A DNA stretch of 63,344 nucleotides, counting the filler, from Atractiella rhizophila (taxonomy: Eukaryota): assembly GCA_021432655.1 (NCBI GenBank). It is 19 parts of 19 records of this genome, joined end to end, with 100 filler letters (N's around TTAATTAATTAA, not from the genome) between each part and the next. Parts side by side here need not be neighbours in the genome. Positions count along the whole stretch, not along the records: positions 10,211 to 13,502 come from MU272552.1; positions 13,603 to 16,886 come from MU272553.1; positions 16,987 to 20,269 come from MU272554.1; positions 20,370 to 23,643 come from MU272555.1; 15 more parts are not named here. One strand, written 5' to 3'. A model generated the notes under the pieces. It was not told the DNA's origin, did not search any database, and saw only the letters and a program-made list of their open reading frames with translations. The position numbers and the translations under genes were made by a program. Below, in pieces: positions 11,417 through 23,743 of this stretch; position 1 is the first letter of the stretch; each line of letters begins with the position of its first letter.

Positions 11417-13300
11417 TTAGTCAGAACGACCCCGGTCCAAATCTACAGCTAAAACAATACGTTCGTCTTTGATAGAAAGACTTCCAAAAGGAGGCGTAAG
11501 ATGTGCATGATGAGACTTTACCTGGCTGGACTTGATTATCTCTGTCCTTCCCTCGGTACCAAAGTAGAAAATTTTCGCTTTGAGTCCAGGGAAATTACCA
11601 AAAGGATTGTTGTTCAAATGCCGCTCGTCAAGCTCAGCGTAGACCCAAACCCGGAAGAATGTCTCACAAATCCATCCACCTTGAGATTGTGTGTCCTCTC
11701 TTGCATGCTGAATAATATCAATAATCTCGCCCCATTCTTGTAGATTGTTCTTGAGGAATATCACACCACTATTACCTCGGTGCTTTGATCTTTGGCTAAA
11801 TGTGCGCCCTTTGACTACGACTTGCTGGAGATACCGCCCAGTGGGAACAAAAATATTGACAAATTGCTTTAAAGATCTAAAGCTAACCGTCTTGGAATGG
11901 TGCTGTAGCCTTTTTGATGCAGGTTTACCGGAGTTAACAAGAGAAAGCATTTGGTTATAGTCAGCCTCTTTGAGTAAAGTTGCTTGCTTTTGAAATTTGA
12001 TTAGTTGTTCTTCGGATAGAGGACGAAGAGTGCGATCAGAAGCATCTGCCGTCATTCCACTTTCGAAGTAAGCAGGCAAAATATCCTGAACGGCAGTGCG
12101 AACAACCAGAGGAAGATTCTGGCGACGTAATGCTGCCTGGAAACGACTACGTCGACAAAATTCACGCAACATAGTATGGTCAAGGTCATCTATGATGCAT
12201 CGATTAGTTTTACATTATGCTTGTGGTTCATCACTGCAGACACTCCATTTGTCTGAAATTTCTGTAAAATTCCAATGATGCGCTCCCCGTTCCATTCTGA
12301 AAGCGACATCAATGGTCCCCAGATCCGCTGTTGAGCAGCAATATGTCCTGCAATATGCTGATTTGGAACAGAGCAAGAATGAGGGTACAAAGTTAAGCAG
12401 CCTTGTCGAAATTTCTTGTAAGCCAGCTCTTCAAGTGAAATAAGTTGCTCAGTGAGCGAATAAGCACAAGCTATATTCCCAAATGTAACAAGAAAAGCAA
12501 AATTTGTCCGGTGGTCTTGCTGAGAGATTTTTGTTGCTCCAAAGTAGAGGCAGGATAAGGGGTAAAAAGACCGTGAATAAAACAAACCAGGTGTCGGCTT
12601 TTAACTTTCCATGTGATGCACTTCCCAAATTCAAAGGAGGACGTTCCATCCAAGTTGGAATTTCAAGCTCAGCAATCTTGGTACGGATCAATGCCATCTC
12701 TGCATTATCAAAAATGCATGCTGTGTTGTCAGCACAAACTCTGATGTTAGAGCTGGAATTGTTGTGCGGTACCTCCTCTTCGCTATCAGCTATACTCTCA
12801 TGATCACTTGCTCCTTCAATCCAGTCTTTATCATTCTCGTTTTCAGATGTATCAGTTGCTTCAGATTCTTGAGGAATTCTGACACCCCCCATTCTATAGT
12901 GCTCCAATCGGCGTTTGGTAGAAGTTGCGATGGCAGCTAGCTCCACGGCTTCGTCCACGATGGAGGCAAGTTCATCAAGTATGTTGTTCTCATCTTCAGC
13001 AAATTCATAATCAAGCTTGTTATCATCTAGTACTCCTTCAAAATCTTGTCTGTTACCTTCAGTACGGAGCGTAGCTGGATTATCCAGTGATGATTCTTCT
13101 CCTTGCGAAGGTCGAAGCTCACCGATTCCCCACTTCTGACGAAAATAGTTTGCGAATAAACCTTCACAGACATTATGCATGATACCAATAACAGACCCTG
13201 TAAGTAATGGGGTCCCAGTAGTCATACAGTTCAATGAGGCAGGAGTAGCGGACACCTGACTTTTGAAAAATATGATTCCGTTCTGTGTGGGTCTTCGCAC
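11417..13300 (-). mobile_element. CACTA/EnSpm-like transposase, degenerate (frameshift near 12530), 5' part missing
   Basis: MHNVCEGL; IPTWMERPPLNLGSASHGKLKADTWFVLFTVFLPL; PNQHIAGHI..WGPLMSLSEWNGERIIGILQ, motifs typical of basidiomycete EnSpm-type transposases. Confidence 0.75.
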
Positions 13301-13602
13301 TTTTCCAACGACATGCAGCAACGATGTGTTCGAGAGCAGTCCTAGATTTCCACTCCGAGGGATCCCACGAATCAATATCTTTTTTCGTTAAATAGCAAAA
13401 TGAGTAAAATAAGTTGGCACTATGAGATGCCAGACCAGCAAGTTTCCGGAAGGCAGGAATGTCGCATATAAGGACCCAGAGTCGAACTCGGAAACACTTT
13501 CCNNNNNNNNNNNNNNNNNNNNNNNNNNNNNNNNNNNNNNNNNNNNTTAATTAATTAANNNNNNNNNNNNNNNNNNNNNNNNNNNNNNNNNNNNNNNNNN
13601 NN

Positions 13603-14394
13603 CGGAAGGGACTCCGCAGTACCGGGCTGGTTTTGTGCGGCAACTGCATCGAGTCCATCCAGCACTTTCCCCATCACACCGCCCACCCAGTGCTTCGCTT
13701 GATTGGCCTTATCTGTCCAGGATACTTCCCCCTTATAATCGGTCGCGGAAGGGAAAGGACCAAACAAGTCACGGTCAGAATCGAACGACCCTTTGGACCG
13801 GTTTGGAGAGTGAGAGGGCCCCTGAGGTATGTGGGAAGAGGGCGCTGAGATGGAATGACGACTGATAAGAGCTGCCTTGCGGCTTGAGGAAGGGCCGGCG
13901 CCGCTGTCAGACGCAAGTTTTGATGTAACAAGACTTGAAGGATGATCCATGCTCTTGGAAACTATTGATTGCCACTTCTTTTTCAGGACCTCCAGCTCGC
14001 CTTCGTGCTTCTTGAGCTCTTCGCGTAGATCCAAGCACTTTCGCTCCTTCTTCGCAATGAAGGTGAGCAATTCGGCATGTTGTTCCACGAGTGTGCCTAC
14101 TCCCTGGCTCATGCTGCCTTCGGACGAACCCTTGGCAGACTCGCTCCTTTCTAGCCCAGCCGATCGTGGGAGGGTGTTACTCCTGCGTAAAGGAAACTTG
14201 GAAAGGGACGGTGACGGAACAGGATCGTTTGACGATTCTTCTGTCGGAGAAGTTGACAGGTAGTTTGTATCAGGATCACCTGATGCGTGCAGAGGTGAAA
14301 GGGGGAAAGACCGCCTGTTAGGTGTGCTAGCAGAGACCAAGCTGAGCCTCTTCAGATGACGTCCGGAGGGGGAAGGTGGAGTTGGCGAGTCCAT
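13603..14394 (-). CDS. Coiled-coil protein resembling DUF4048/Tda11 family, 5' part
   Basis: Ser-rich N-terminus with HLKRLSL and LLTFIAKKERKCLDLREELKKHEGELEVLKKKWQSIV. Confidence 0.6.
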
Positions 14395-14623
14395 GTTTCA
14401 ATATGGTCCCACGGCGGGTAAATTAAACGGTCTAAGTAGGCAGTAAAATGGTGTTGAAACCTGAGACTGGAATGAGCCTGGAAGAAGTGAGTGTCGTATT
14501 ATTATTAGCCTCGTGGTTGGCAACCAGAATGATTTCAAATTGCGATTTCAAATCAATACAAAGAGCAATTGATCCAGACAAGGGGAAGTCTGGAAACCTG
14601 CATAACGTTCTTCAGCAAGGAAG

Positions 14624-16886
14624 ATGGAGGGGGGCAGTCGAAGGGTACAGAGCGAGTATGAACACGTCGCGTCCAAGTTAAATGACGCGAATTTGGGTAC
14701 GTCCTTGAATGCTCAACGCGTGGCTCACATGTCTTCACATTAGACCTTCAAAAGAAGCTCAGCATTGCTTCGGAACTCAAGGACAGTATCGACTTTGGTC
14801 AGAGGGATCAAGATTTCCCCAAACTAGTTGAAATATTGCTACCCACTTTCTTCAGTCTACTACAAAACGTTACTATTACCCTAGAGCCACATTCCACCGA
14901 GCACGTATGATTTTCCCCTTATACGTAATGGGTGAAGTGGCTGAATGTAGAATGTAGCGGCTACGCAATACGGTCTTAACGATCCTATCACGTCTTCCGT
15001 ACAATGACGTAGTTCGTCCTCACTACCTCAGGCTTGCCCAACTTTTTCTTGATTTGCTCAAGGTGGAAAATGAAGAGAACGCCGTTTTGTGCGTTAAAAC
15101 CTTAGGAGATATTCACCGCAACTTTTGCAAAGAGGAGATGGCTCGACATCCTCCAAAACCGGACAGCTTACCAACAGCTCAGGCTCCGCTTGCTCAAGAT
15201 CTGATTCCTCCGGAACTATTCAATCCCATGCAGGACAACGCCGCTGAGATCTATCGAGTTCTGACTCAAATTTACGTCTCGATGCCTGCCTTGGTCAACA
15301 ACCTGTTTGGGCATCAAGCAACCGCCTTCAGTCAGACAGAAGGGACTCCACCGGACACTCCAGGATCGCTGGATGCCCATCAACCTTCTTCTACCTTCTT
15401 TGCCGGTATGAGAAGCTTCAAGGTTGTACAAGAGAGCCCGCCGACCACTGTCTTCCTGATGCAACAGTACCCACGTTTGACAGATGATTGTGAGGCAAAT
15501 CTGTTGCCGAAATCAGTGGAAGTGTGCTTTCTGCGTTCCTTTCTAGAAAAAAACGTACATTAAACTTGTAACAGTTTTTGCAACTGGAAGCACCACCTCA
15601 ACGAGAGGCGCATGCCGCCGCAGCTATGAAAGGGGAACATTATATCGGTATCGCTGAACCAATGGCAAGAGACGCGGTGATTCGGGAGCGATATGGAGAT
15701 TTCGTATTCGCTCAGGTTAAGGTATAAACATCGCTTTCCTGTATATTGTCCTCTTGGAGCTAATATGGTCCCTAGACGTTGTCCTTCCTTGCTTACGTGG
15801 TTCGCTCCCGACCTGCCATTCACTTAGTGGCCAACGTTCCTGGTATCACGGTCCGATTACTCAAAGATGTGCTGCCTGAAGCTATTGTCACGCGGAAGGA
15901 ACTTTTTATTGCTACTAGACACATCCTTTCGACTGATTATCGTCTCGCTTTCCTTCCAGAAATCGATAATCTGCTGAACGAGAAGATTTTAATTGGCCCT
16001 GGTACAACAGCGTTCGAATCCTTGAGGTCAGTAGCTCACAAGCTCTCTGAAGTCTGTAACGATTTATTCACAGGCCAATCGCGTTCTCTATGCTCGCAGA
16101 CTTAATTCACCATGTTCGCAGCAAACTTTCTCTGGAACAGCTCAGAAAGGTCTGTCACCTCTATACAATAACATTGCACGACCCCACACTTCAGCCTACA
16201 ATTCAAACCATGTGTTGCAAGCTTCTCATGAATATTATGGACTCCATTCAAAGTCACCTTATCCCTCCCAAGCAGGACCAAGCTCCTCCATCGACAGAAG
16301 TCGCTGACCTAGAACGACTCAAAGAAAAGCAAATTGAAGTAGCTCAAATGTTGGATAGGATTTCAGAGAGTTTTGTGGAGAAGCTAGTTGGGATGTCCTT
16401 GGTCAAAGATCAGATGAATTCCTGGGGGAAGGGGAGGTCGAAAGAGGGAAACAATAGTGGCGACCTCAATCAAGATGTGGCAGTTCCAGATTTCGTTCAC
16501 TCAAATGAAACAGGTGATCCGCTGAACCTCAAGGACGTTGTCGGAGAGATGAGAGCGTTCCCACAGGAAGAGATGGATGTAGATAAGCCAGTCCAGGAGG
16601 AAGATGTCGATATGGTTGAAGTTGCGACCTCCCATGACGATCCAAAACCCCGTGAAAAGTCACAGTTACAGGGACGCGAATTGGATGACATCGATATTGA
16701 GAGGGCTAAACCAGTTGGAGGTATGTCTGTGATGGTTGACACCGTAACCGATTTGCAGAAATGTAAGCATCAACCACATCCTGTGCTACCTTTTCTAAAT
16801 TGTCTCCCGTCAGTACTTTACGATTATCGCTTTCTCTTCAAGAATGTCGTGTTGGGTTACAAGACAGTTGCCATGACGCAGAAAAG
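14624..16886 (+). CDS. TRA1: Tra1/TRRAP (SAGA/NuA4 PIKK pseudokinase), N-terminal HEAT region, 3' truncated
   Basis: Spliced MEGGSRRVQSEYEHVASKL..HRLRNTVLTILSRLP..LLKVENEENAVLCVK..SFKVVQESP..RKELFIATRHILSTDYR..MLADLIHHVR. Confidence 0.9.
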
Positions 16887-18134
16887 NNNNNNNNNNNNNN
16901 NNNNNNNNNNNNNNNNNNNNNNNNNNNNNNTTAATTAATTAANNNNNNNNNNNNNNNNNNNNNNNNNNNNNNNNNNNNNNNNNNNNATGGCGCTTCAAAG
17001 AACGGCCATCAACCAGCTCTGGCTCACCCTCCCTACACCTGGATATCTTTTGAAAAGGAGAAATCCTTACCAACATTAGCAGTGTGCGGAAACAGTCCAA
17101 CGAACTCTCTGAATGTGCTCTATATATTTACTAACCCTTCTCAATTTCGATCCTTGTTTTCAAAATCTTGCGCATGAGAATCGATGATCTCACATGAGCT
17201 TGCCGCACGGTGGTTAGAATCAAACCGGTGTTGAAATGTCCCACCAGCGTCCACATTGAGGCGTTTTTGACTTAAAGGTCGTCGTCCGACGTGACCTAAT
17301 TGCTGTCAAGACACTATTAGAACCTCAGGCTTTCGTATAAAGCATAGAGCCGCGGCCCAACCAAGTCGCTTAGGGTCGACTGATAGATGCCTATTCAGGA
17401 TCTGTTTACCAAAGTCGCTTCGTAGTTCTGTCTAACAAAATCTAGAACTGTTCTGATGCTCGGGGTTTCCGTAAAGTGTTCCAATTCAACTGAGGAAAAA
17501 AGTTGTGAAACAAGCGGCAGAATGCGAGTTCGATGGGAACAGTGTGGATGACGCCATGCATTTGCCGTTAGCAAAGGCAGGTGTGGAGAAACTTGGATGC
17601 TTTTCTGAGATTCCAAGCGGCATCGTATCCTGCAGTTGGTGGGAGTTTGTCGTTCATAAAGAGGCGACTGCCTCAGCCCATCCAATCCATTGACAAGAAA
17701 CGACCGTTTGATTCAAGGTGACATTTATCAAAAACGGCTTTGATCGTTCATCCAGAGTACGTATTACGAATGATTGTTCATGACGACGACGGTTTGATCT
17801 GGAGTATGCCAAAATCATCGCTTTGATCATCGCATCTTCCAAAATGATGGAGGAATCCCGTATTATCCATTTGGAATCACCGTTTGATCCGACTTATTCT
17901 TGCCACATTCCCAAGAAATAAGGCCAGTTGGTGATGGACGCCTCATTGCTCCCTGGCATGCTCAGTTGAGGGGAGAGTGATGCGGGATCTTTGATTAGAT
18001 GACGAGAGCCAATTAATAAAGTTCCGAGTGTGCGGGGGTCTACATTGGTTGGACGAGAACCAAGCAGGAATAGCTTGTAAATTGAAAAACACAAAGCGGA
18101 ATAATAGAGCAGCGCAATGCCAGATGCAAGAAGG

Positions 18135-18938
18135 TCAAGTGAAAATGCAACGGGCTTTCCGCTTCTTTAACCTGCTCTGTGGATTCATATCCAGTTCCAA
18201 AGCCATGATTTGGCGAACTATACACTTAAAAACAACAGCGACGTTGACTCCCGATTTTGCCGATGTCTCATAATATGCAACTCCCCCCCAAAACCTCGAA
18301 AGAGAGGCTCCAACCTCCGCTCCGACCTTTCGTTCCATTATGAGGTCACACTTGTTACCAATCAGGAGGAAAGGGACGTTTTCCTGCAAACAAATTTTCA
18401 GTTGCAATTCTAAGAAACGGTTATCCAATTCGTTGCTTGCTTGCCTTCTTAATATCAAGGTCCTCCTTCTGCCGTACGATACTATCTCGTATTGGAAGTA
18501 GGTCCTCGATGCTATCCCTCGAGTTCAAGGCGAAAACCAGAATGAAACCGTCGCCAGATTTCATGTACAGGCTATGGAGAGCGGGGAACTATCTCGGCCT
18601 TGAGGAAACAGATTCGGGGGAAAAAAAGCAGACGAACTTGGTCCGTCCCAGCGGTGTCGAGGATCTCGCACTGGCACTGGACGTGATCCACGGTCATCGA
18701 CTTCATGTATGAATCTTCGATCGTAGGATCGTATCTCTCGGCTCCATCCACGCTGAGTCCCCGAAATTGAATTGAACAGTAACGACTCACCAAAAGCTCC
18801 ATGGCAGAAGCGAATGGTCAAAGCGCTCTTGCCGACGCCACCACCTACAGATGGGGATTGGATTCGGCGTGATCTGCGAAGAGTCAGAAAGAGCGTACCA
18901 CCGAAGATGACGAGTTTGTACTCTCTACTGGGCAGCAT
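18135..18938 (-). CDS. Ras-family small GTPase, Rap/Rsr1-like
   Basis: [35 protein letters not shown] (Thr at the Ras Q61 position), GNKCDL, ETSAK, polybasic tail and CaaX CIFT*; several introns. Confidence 0.9.
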
Positions 18939-19809
18939 CGCCAATCTAGTTGTGGCACGTCCAAATCTCGTTGTCTTTTGTGGGTGACTCCAAAGGTGTG
19001 AGGTTGGGAATATGCCAGTTGAGGCAATTAAATAGTGACAGCAAAGAATACTGAATCAAACGCTTATTCCTGATAGAACCCTGGATGCCTGCTTTTCTGG
19101 GCCAAACCGCACGCAGCAACGGATATTCCTGATGGATTAAATGATAGATTTTGGGTGGATCAGACTAGAACCGCGTTTGATGGATGGGTAGACTAACCCT
19201 TCTCTACTCCAAGAAGAAGGTTGACGAGCGCTATGATGTCCAAGAAAGATTTGGGTGACGGGTGAATTAAAACGGTCATTTCGAGAATAAGTTGAATCAA
19301 ACCGACATTCTCGAAACGGTCATGGATACGAGGCATTCCTCGGACATTTCGATGGATGCAATGATCAAGCAAACTGAGGCTTGCACACTTGAGCTCAAAC
19401 GGCCGTCCTCAAGGACGGCTGAATGAAAGGGGTTTATTCTCAATAAATCCGCTGGATCAAACGGCGCTGCAATGAACATATATGTGGGGATCCCCTCCGC
19501 CCGTCTCTCGCATGTCGATTACAACCTCTAGAAATGACCGTTTAAACTTTATCCAAATCAGCGACTGTTTGATCTAGCATATGATCTATGGAACGGTTTG
19601 TGTGTCATTCAGAATGAAATTCAATACTGCTAGATCAAAAACCCAAAGTCTTCTTCCCTTTCCATTATAAAGCGCCAGGTCTACCCATTCTTGAACTTGC
19701 TATTCTCGAACTTGCAGTCGCGATCAGCTTCAACATTCACCTCCATTACGTTATGTAGATATATCCGCTTCTCAACCCCTAGCAGATGGGGATATCCAAG
19801 TAACCGAAA

Positions 19810-20199
19810 TTGAAGGATCCGGTTTTTCCGCCTCCGGGACCCCTCCCCTTGAAAGAATGGTGTTGGGATTTGAATCTGCCAGCGCCGAAGGGGAACAAAA
19901 TTGTACGCACGTTCCTCCTCCACCGAAGACGCCTTGAAGACTTCAACGTAGCATACTCACACGCCTCTCCCACCGGTTCACTCACTCCCACGGAGCCTCC
20001 AACGCCTGATGGTTTCCTCCATCCGCCCCTAATCAAAGGGAATAAGCCAATCCCTTACATCGTCCAACTCCCCAATGGAGGTTGCGAATACAAGTTCCCA
20101 GTAAACGCGGATTTCAACTATCGCTCTCGATCTCCCACCCCTCCTTCGACGCCGAAGCCAACCATGGACCGATGCCTCTTCGGAAAGAGCGGAGAGTGA
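19810..20199 (+). CDS. Hypothetical Pro-rich protein fragment
   Basis: 129-codon ORF with no recognised domain; boundaries uncertain. Confidence 0.25.
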   Translation: MKDPVFPPPGPLPLKEWCWDLNLPAPKGNKIVRTFLLHRRRLEDFNVAYSHASPTGSLTPTEPPTPDGFLHPPLIKGNKPIPYIVQLPNGGCEYKFPVNADFNYRSRSPTPPSTPKPTMDRCLFGKSGE

Positions 20200-20369
20200 A
20201 GATCAGGAGACCGAACCTTGTGAAGCCCAAGGACGTGGAGGTGGTGTACTCGAAGGAGAATATGACGGCNNNNNNNNNNNNNNNNNNNNNNNNNNNNNNN
20301 NNNNNNNNNNNNNTTAATTAATTAANNNNNNNNNNNNNNNNNNNNNNNNNNNNNNNNNNNNNNNNNNNN

Positions 20370-20634
20370 TGAATCCAGAATATCTAAGGGCTGGAGCGAA
20401 TTTTGAGGGACATTAATATGTGGTGTTAAGGATCTGGGTCTGTTAAGGTTCTGGTGTCAACACAATACCCACACATCTGCTCCAAACTCTTCGAGGTGCC
20501 CCACTCCCAGTTTCTTTGATGTCCAGGCTTGATGAGGTTTCCTCCTTGAGTGTTCGTGTTAGGGATCGGTTCCTAAGGTAAGCTGCATGTTTTACTGCTT
20601 CAGCCCATAGTTTTGGGCTGAGATTCTTCGCGAT
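20370..20634 (-). mobile_element. Ty1/copia retrotransposon pol fragment (integrase C-terminal region), degenerate
   Basis: AKNLSPKLWAEAVKHAAYLRNRSLTRTLK matches the copia 'LWAEAV..A.YL.NR' motif. Confidence 0.8.
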
Positions 20635-21160
20635 TAACGTAGTCGGGTTGGGAAGCAGGGGCGTGTAGACGACCGGCGAGAACGTCATTGACCTTATAGT
20701 AATTGATGAGATGCATTCCCGACATCGAAATGGTCCTCTTCACGAGTCCCGCCTTCTTGAATCGATATGGCGATGTTAAGCCATGTTTCCTCCACTGGCC
20801 ATTCGCATATGACTTCTGGTCATCCCTCTCCATCTGTTCATAATGGACCAGTTGATCAGCCGCATTGCCGTCAAGTCCAGCTTGATCAGCAGCTTGATCC
20901 GTGGGCTGACATTTCTCAACTTCACGGTAGATAAGAAAAGTTCTGACAGACTCTCGAAGGGCTCCAGACTAGACCGTCGGTCCACCTTCTAATCCCACTC
21001 TCCCCTTCTTCGAACACAAAGATTGACCCCGATGTTATGAGGCTCTTCTCCTGATCCTGAAGCCTTTTAGTGACCCTCGGATGGACGCCTCGACGACAAG
21101 CCTCCAAGATCAACAGCGCGTTGGCAGTCGATTCGACGTCTCCATGAAAAGCCAGTTCTC
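20635..21160 (-). pseudogene. Gti1/Pac2 (WOPR) transcription-factor gene, frameshifted and 3' interrupted by copia sequence
   Basis: FHGDVESTANALLILEACRRG..ITSGSIFVFEEGESGIRRWTDGLVWSPSRV; frameshift before LIYREVEK; YRFKKAGLVKRTISMSGMHLINYY..GRLHAP. Confidence 0.8.
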
Positions 21161-21969
21161 CACGTGCCCAATAAAGTCATGCATCAGAAGCATGTTTCTA
21201 CTCTCTCTTCCCTCTCTCCCCAATCTTGGCTCATTTGTTCACATTCCAGAGCTGAGTCATATCCCTGCAACCTCGCGAATTCGATAAATTCCCTCCCTCC
21301 TTAGGAGTCACCAAATTTGAGCCTACGGTTCAGCAACTTTCTTTCACCGACAACTTGCTTCCCGATGACGGAATCGCTGGAGCGACGCAGAGCAACAGCT
21401 CCATCTTTGGTGGTGGTCAAAGTGTCCTTCAAGGTTCTCGGCTTCATTCACCGCGCCTCAACGAAAGGAACGTGGGCCTCAATGCTAACGGTAACAGTGT
21501 GAATTATCCAAGTGGCTAAAAGAGCGGTTGGCTCAGAGAAGTGCTTGACGTGAGGTTAATGTTGAGATTGTTGAGACATTCTGAATTTTTCATCTGCTCG
21601 CAGCAGAAGGGTCTGGATTTGGCCCCTGTGAGTTCTTGATCTCTAACGTCACCCAGTCTCATTGACCTAAATGGCAGAGCCAGCATGATCCCAGAATAAG
21701 AAAGCAACCTGTCGAATTTGAGAATAACAACGTTCCCCTCAACGATGTAGTTGAGAGAGACTCATACGCACACAAGAAGACTAGCGGTGGAAACTCTGAC
21801 CAAGTCGAGGTGGGAGTGGAATGCCAACTTCTCAACTCATTCCTCCATTTTAATGATAAAAACAATAAGAAGCCTCTGAGTTCGTCTCTTGCCTCTATTC
21901 CTACCACTGTTGCCCCGTGCTAAGTCGGACAATGCAGACTATCAGCGGAATCGTGACGATGATAATTCC

Positions 21970-22560
21970 TCCATGCTTGAGGACAGCTTTCCTGACAGGG
22001 TGCGCTCGTTTGACCTACACTTTCGAATAGGCAACTACGTTATTCAGCATTGCTTGGATCTGTCCAACGTCAACTTCACTGGGACTATTGTTCGCCAATT
22101 CTTGGGGAACATCTCTGCTCTGTCTATCCAGAGGTTTAGCTCCAACATAGTTGAAAAAGTGCGTCTCCATGTTTCGCACAATTGTGTGGTTGAGCGGTTA
22201 TGCTGTATAGTGCATCCGCGCTGCAGATCCCGATGAAAAACGGGCCATTATCGATGAGATCCTGGCGGACAATGGTGTCGGGAGGTTGCTTTTGGATCCG
22301 TTTGGAAACTACGTTTGTCAAACCGCTCTCGATTATGATGATCGTGGCCAATGGGACAAAGTATGTCGAGTCACCTAGCGAAACTTGTAGGCACTAAGAG
22401 GAGGTCAGCTCGTCGGTCAGATCAAACCCATTCTTCCAAAAATCAGGGATACACCTTATGTCAGGAAGATTCAAAGCAAGATTGCCGGTGAAGGCAAACA
22501 TCAGATGAATGGCGGCGGAGGATTCCATCAAAGGTTGGGAGTCGGCGGAATACCTCCCAT
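21970..22560 (+). pseudogene. PUF/Pumilio RNA-binding protein (Puf4/Mpt5-like), only the last ~3 repeats, frameshifted
   Basis: GNYVIQHCLDL..FLGNISALSIQRFSSNIVEK/..LLLDPFGNYVCQTALDY/LVGQIKPILPKIRDTPYVRKIQSKI; earlier repeats absent. Confidence 0.7.
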
Positions 22561-23743
22561 GGCCCATGGGTCTTCATGGTGTCTCTCCTGTCCCCTTTCC
22601 CCAGTTCGTCCCGATCCATCTTCACCCTTCCTTTGGCTGGCCGCCATACATCTTTGTGGGTGGATATCAACCTAATGCTTTCTGGGATAACTTCTTCAAC
22701 CCCCAATACTAACTGCTGTCAATTCATTTAAAAAGCATTACGTATAATCAACACCTATATCCAACTTAACCGTCCTTTATTTGTACCTCCAGAGGGCAGA
22801 AACCTGCTTGTCGTTTTGTGCTGATGAACTTGATCTTGTTGGGACTAATTGTCATTGTTGATGCACGTTGGTATTTTCATGATTTATGTCCAGAAATCCT
22901 TTATATTGGCGTTGCTGCATTCTAATCGGCAGTGTCAGGACGTTTGTGTTCGTTACTCAGCAGATATTTCAATATCTTCAATCATTCTTCCGCTTTCTGC
23001 AGTAGAACAGTCTGAGCTTTTGCTGCCCCTTTCCGTAATTGCTTCATTCAACACTCCCGACCTTACCTTCTAAGTCCCATCTTTGTTCCTCTCAGTCTCC
23101 CCCTCATTCTCTCGTGTTGTATCTCTCTGAACTTGTTCTGGAACATTCTTTCCTTTGCCACTTGCTAACCCTTCCTCAGCTTTCTTATCTTACCATTTCT
23201 CGGATATTCTAGAGTAACTGGCTCTCAAGTATGCGTCAGTTGTATCTCGAGGGCCGGCCTTGCTTCACGGCGTGGATCGAAGTTGCGGGAACTATCGTGG
23301 ACTGGTTCGACGGGGGTGCACCGCTCAGCCCAACATGTCATTAGGACGGCCACCCCCTTAATTTCAGTCAGAGGTGCTTGCAAGAAGCGAGCTCTCCCAT
23401 TTAAATGGTACTTCAAAGAAAGGCCATCAACCTGCTCTGGCTTATATCCCTACACCGGATCAACTTTAAAAAGAAGAGAAATCGGTCGATCAAGAACCAG
23501 ACGGGCCTCTGCAAAACCGTCCATCTTCCGAACATCCTGCGCAAACTTGAGGCAGATTACAGCTCAGTTCTTTGCCTTGGGAAGAACGACTGGATGTCGC
23601 GTATCTTTGTGACCGCAGTGCTAAGGAATACGAGCGGGAGTGCNNNNNNNNNNNNNNNNNNNNNNNNNNNNNNNNNNNNNNNNNNNNTTAATTAATTAAN
23701 NNNNNNNNNNNNNNNNNNNNNNNNNNNNNNNNNNNNNNNNNNN

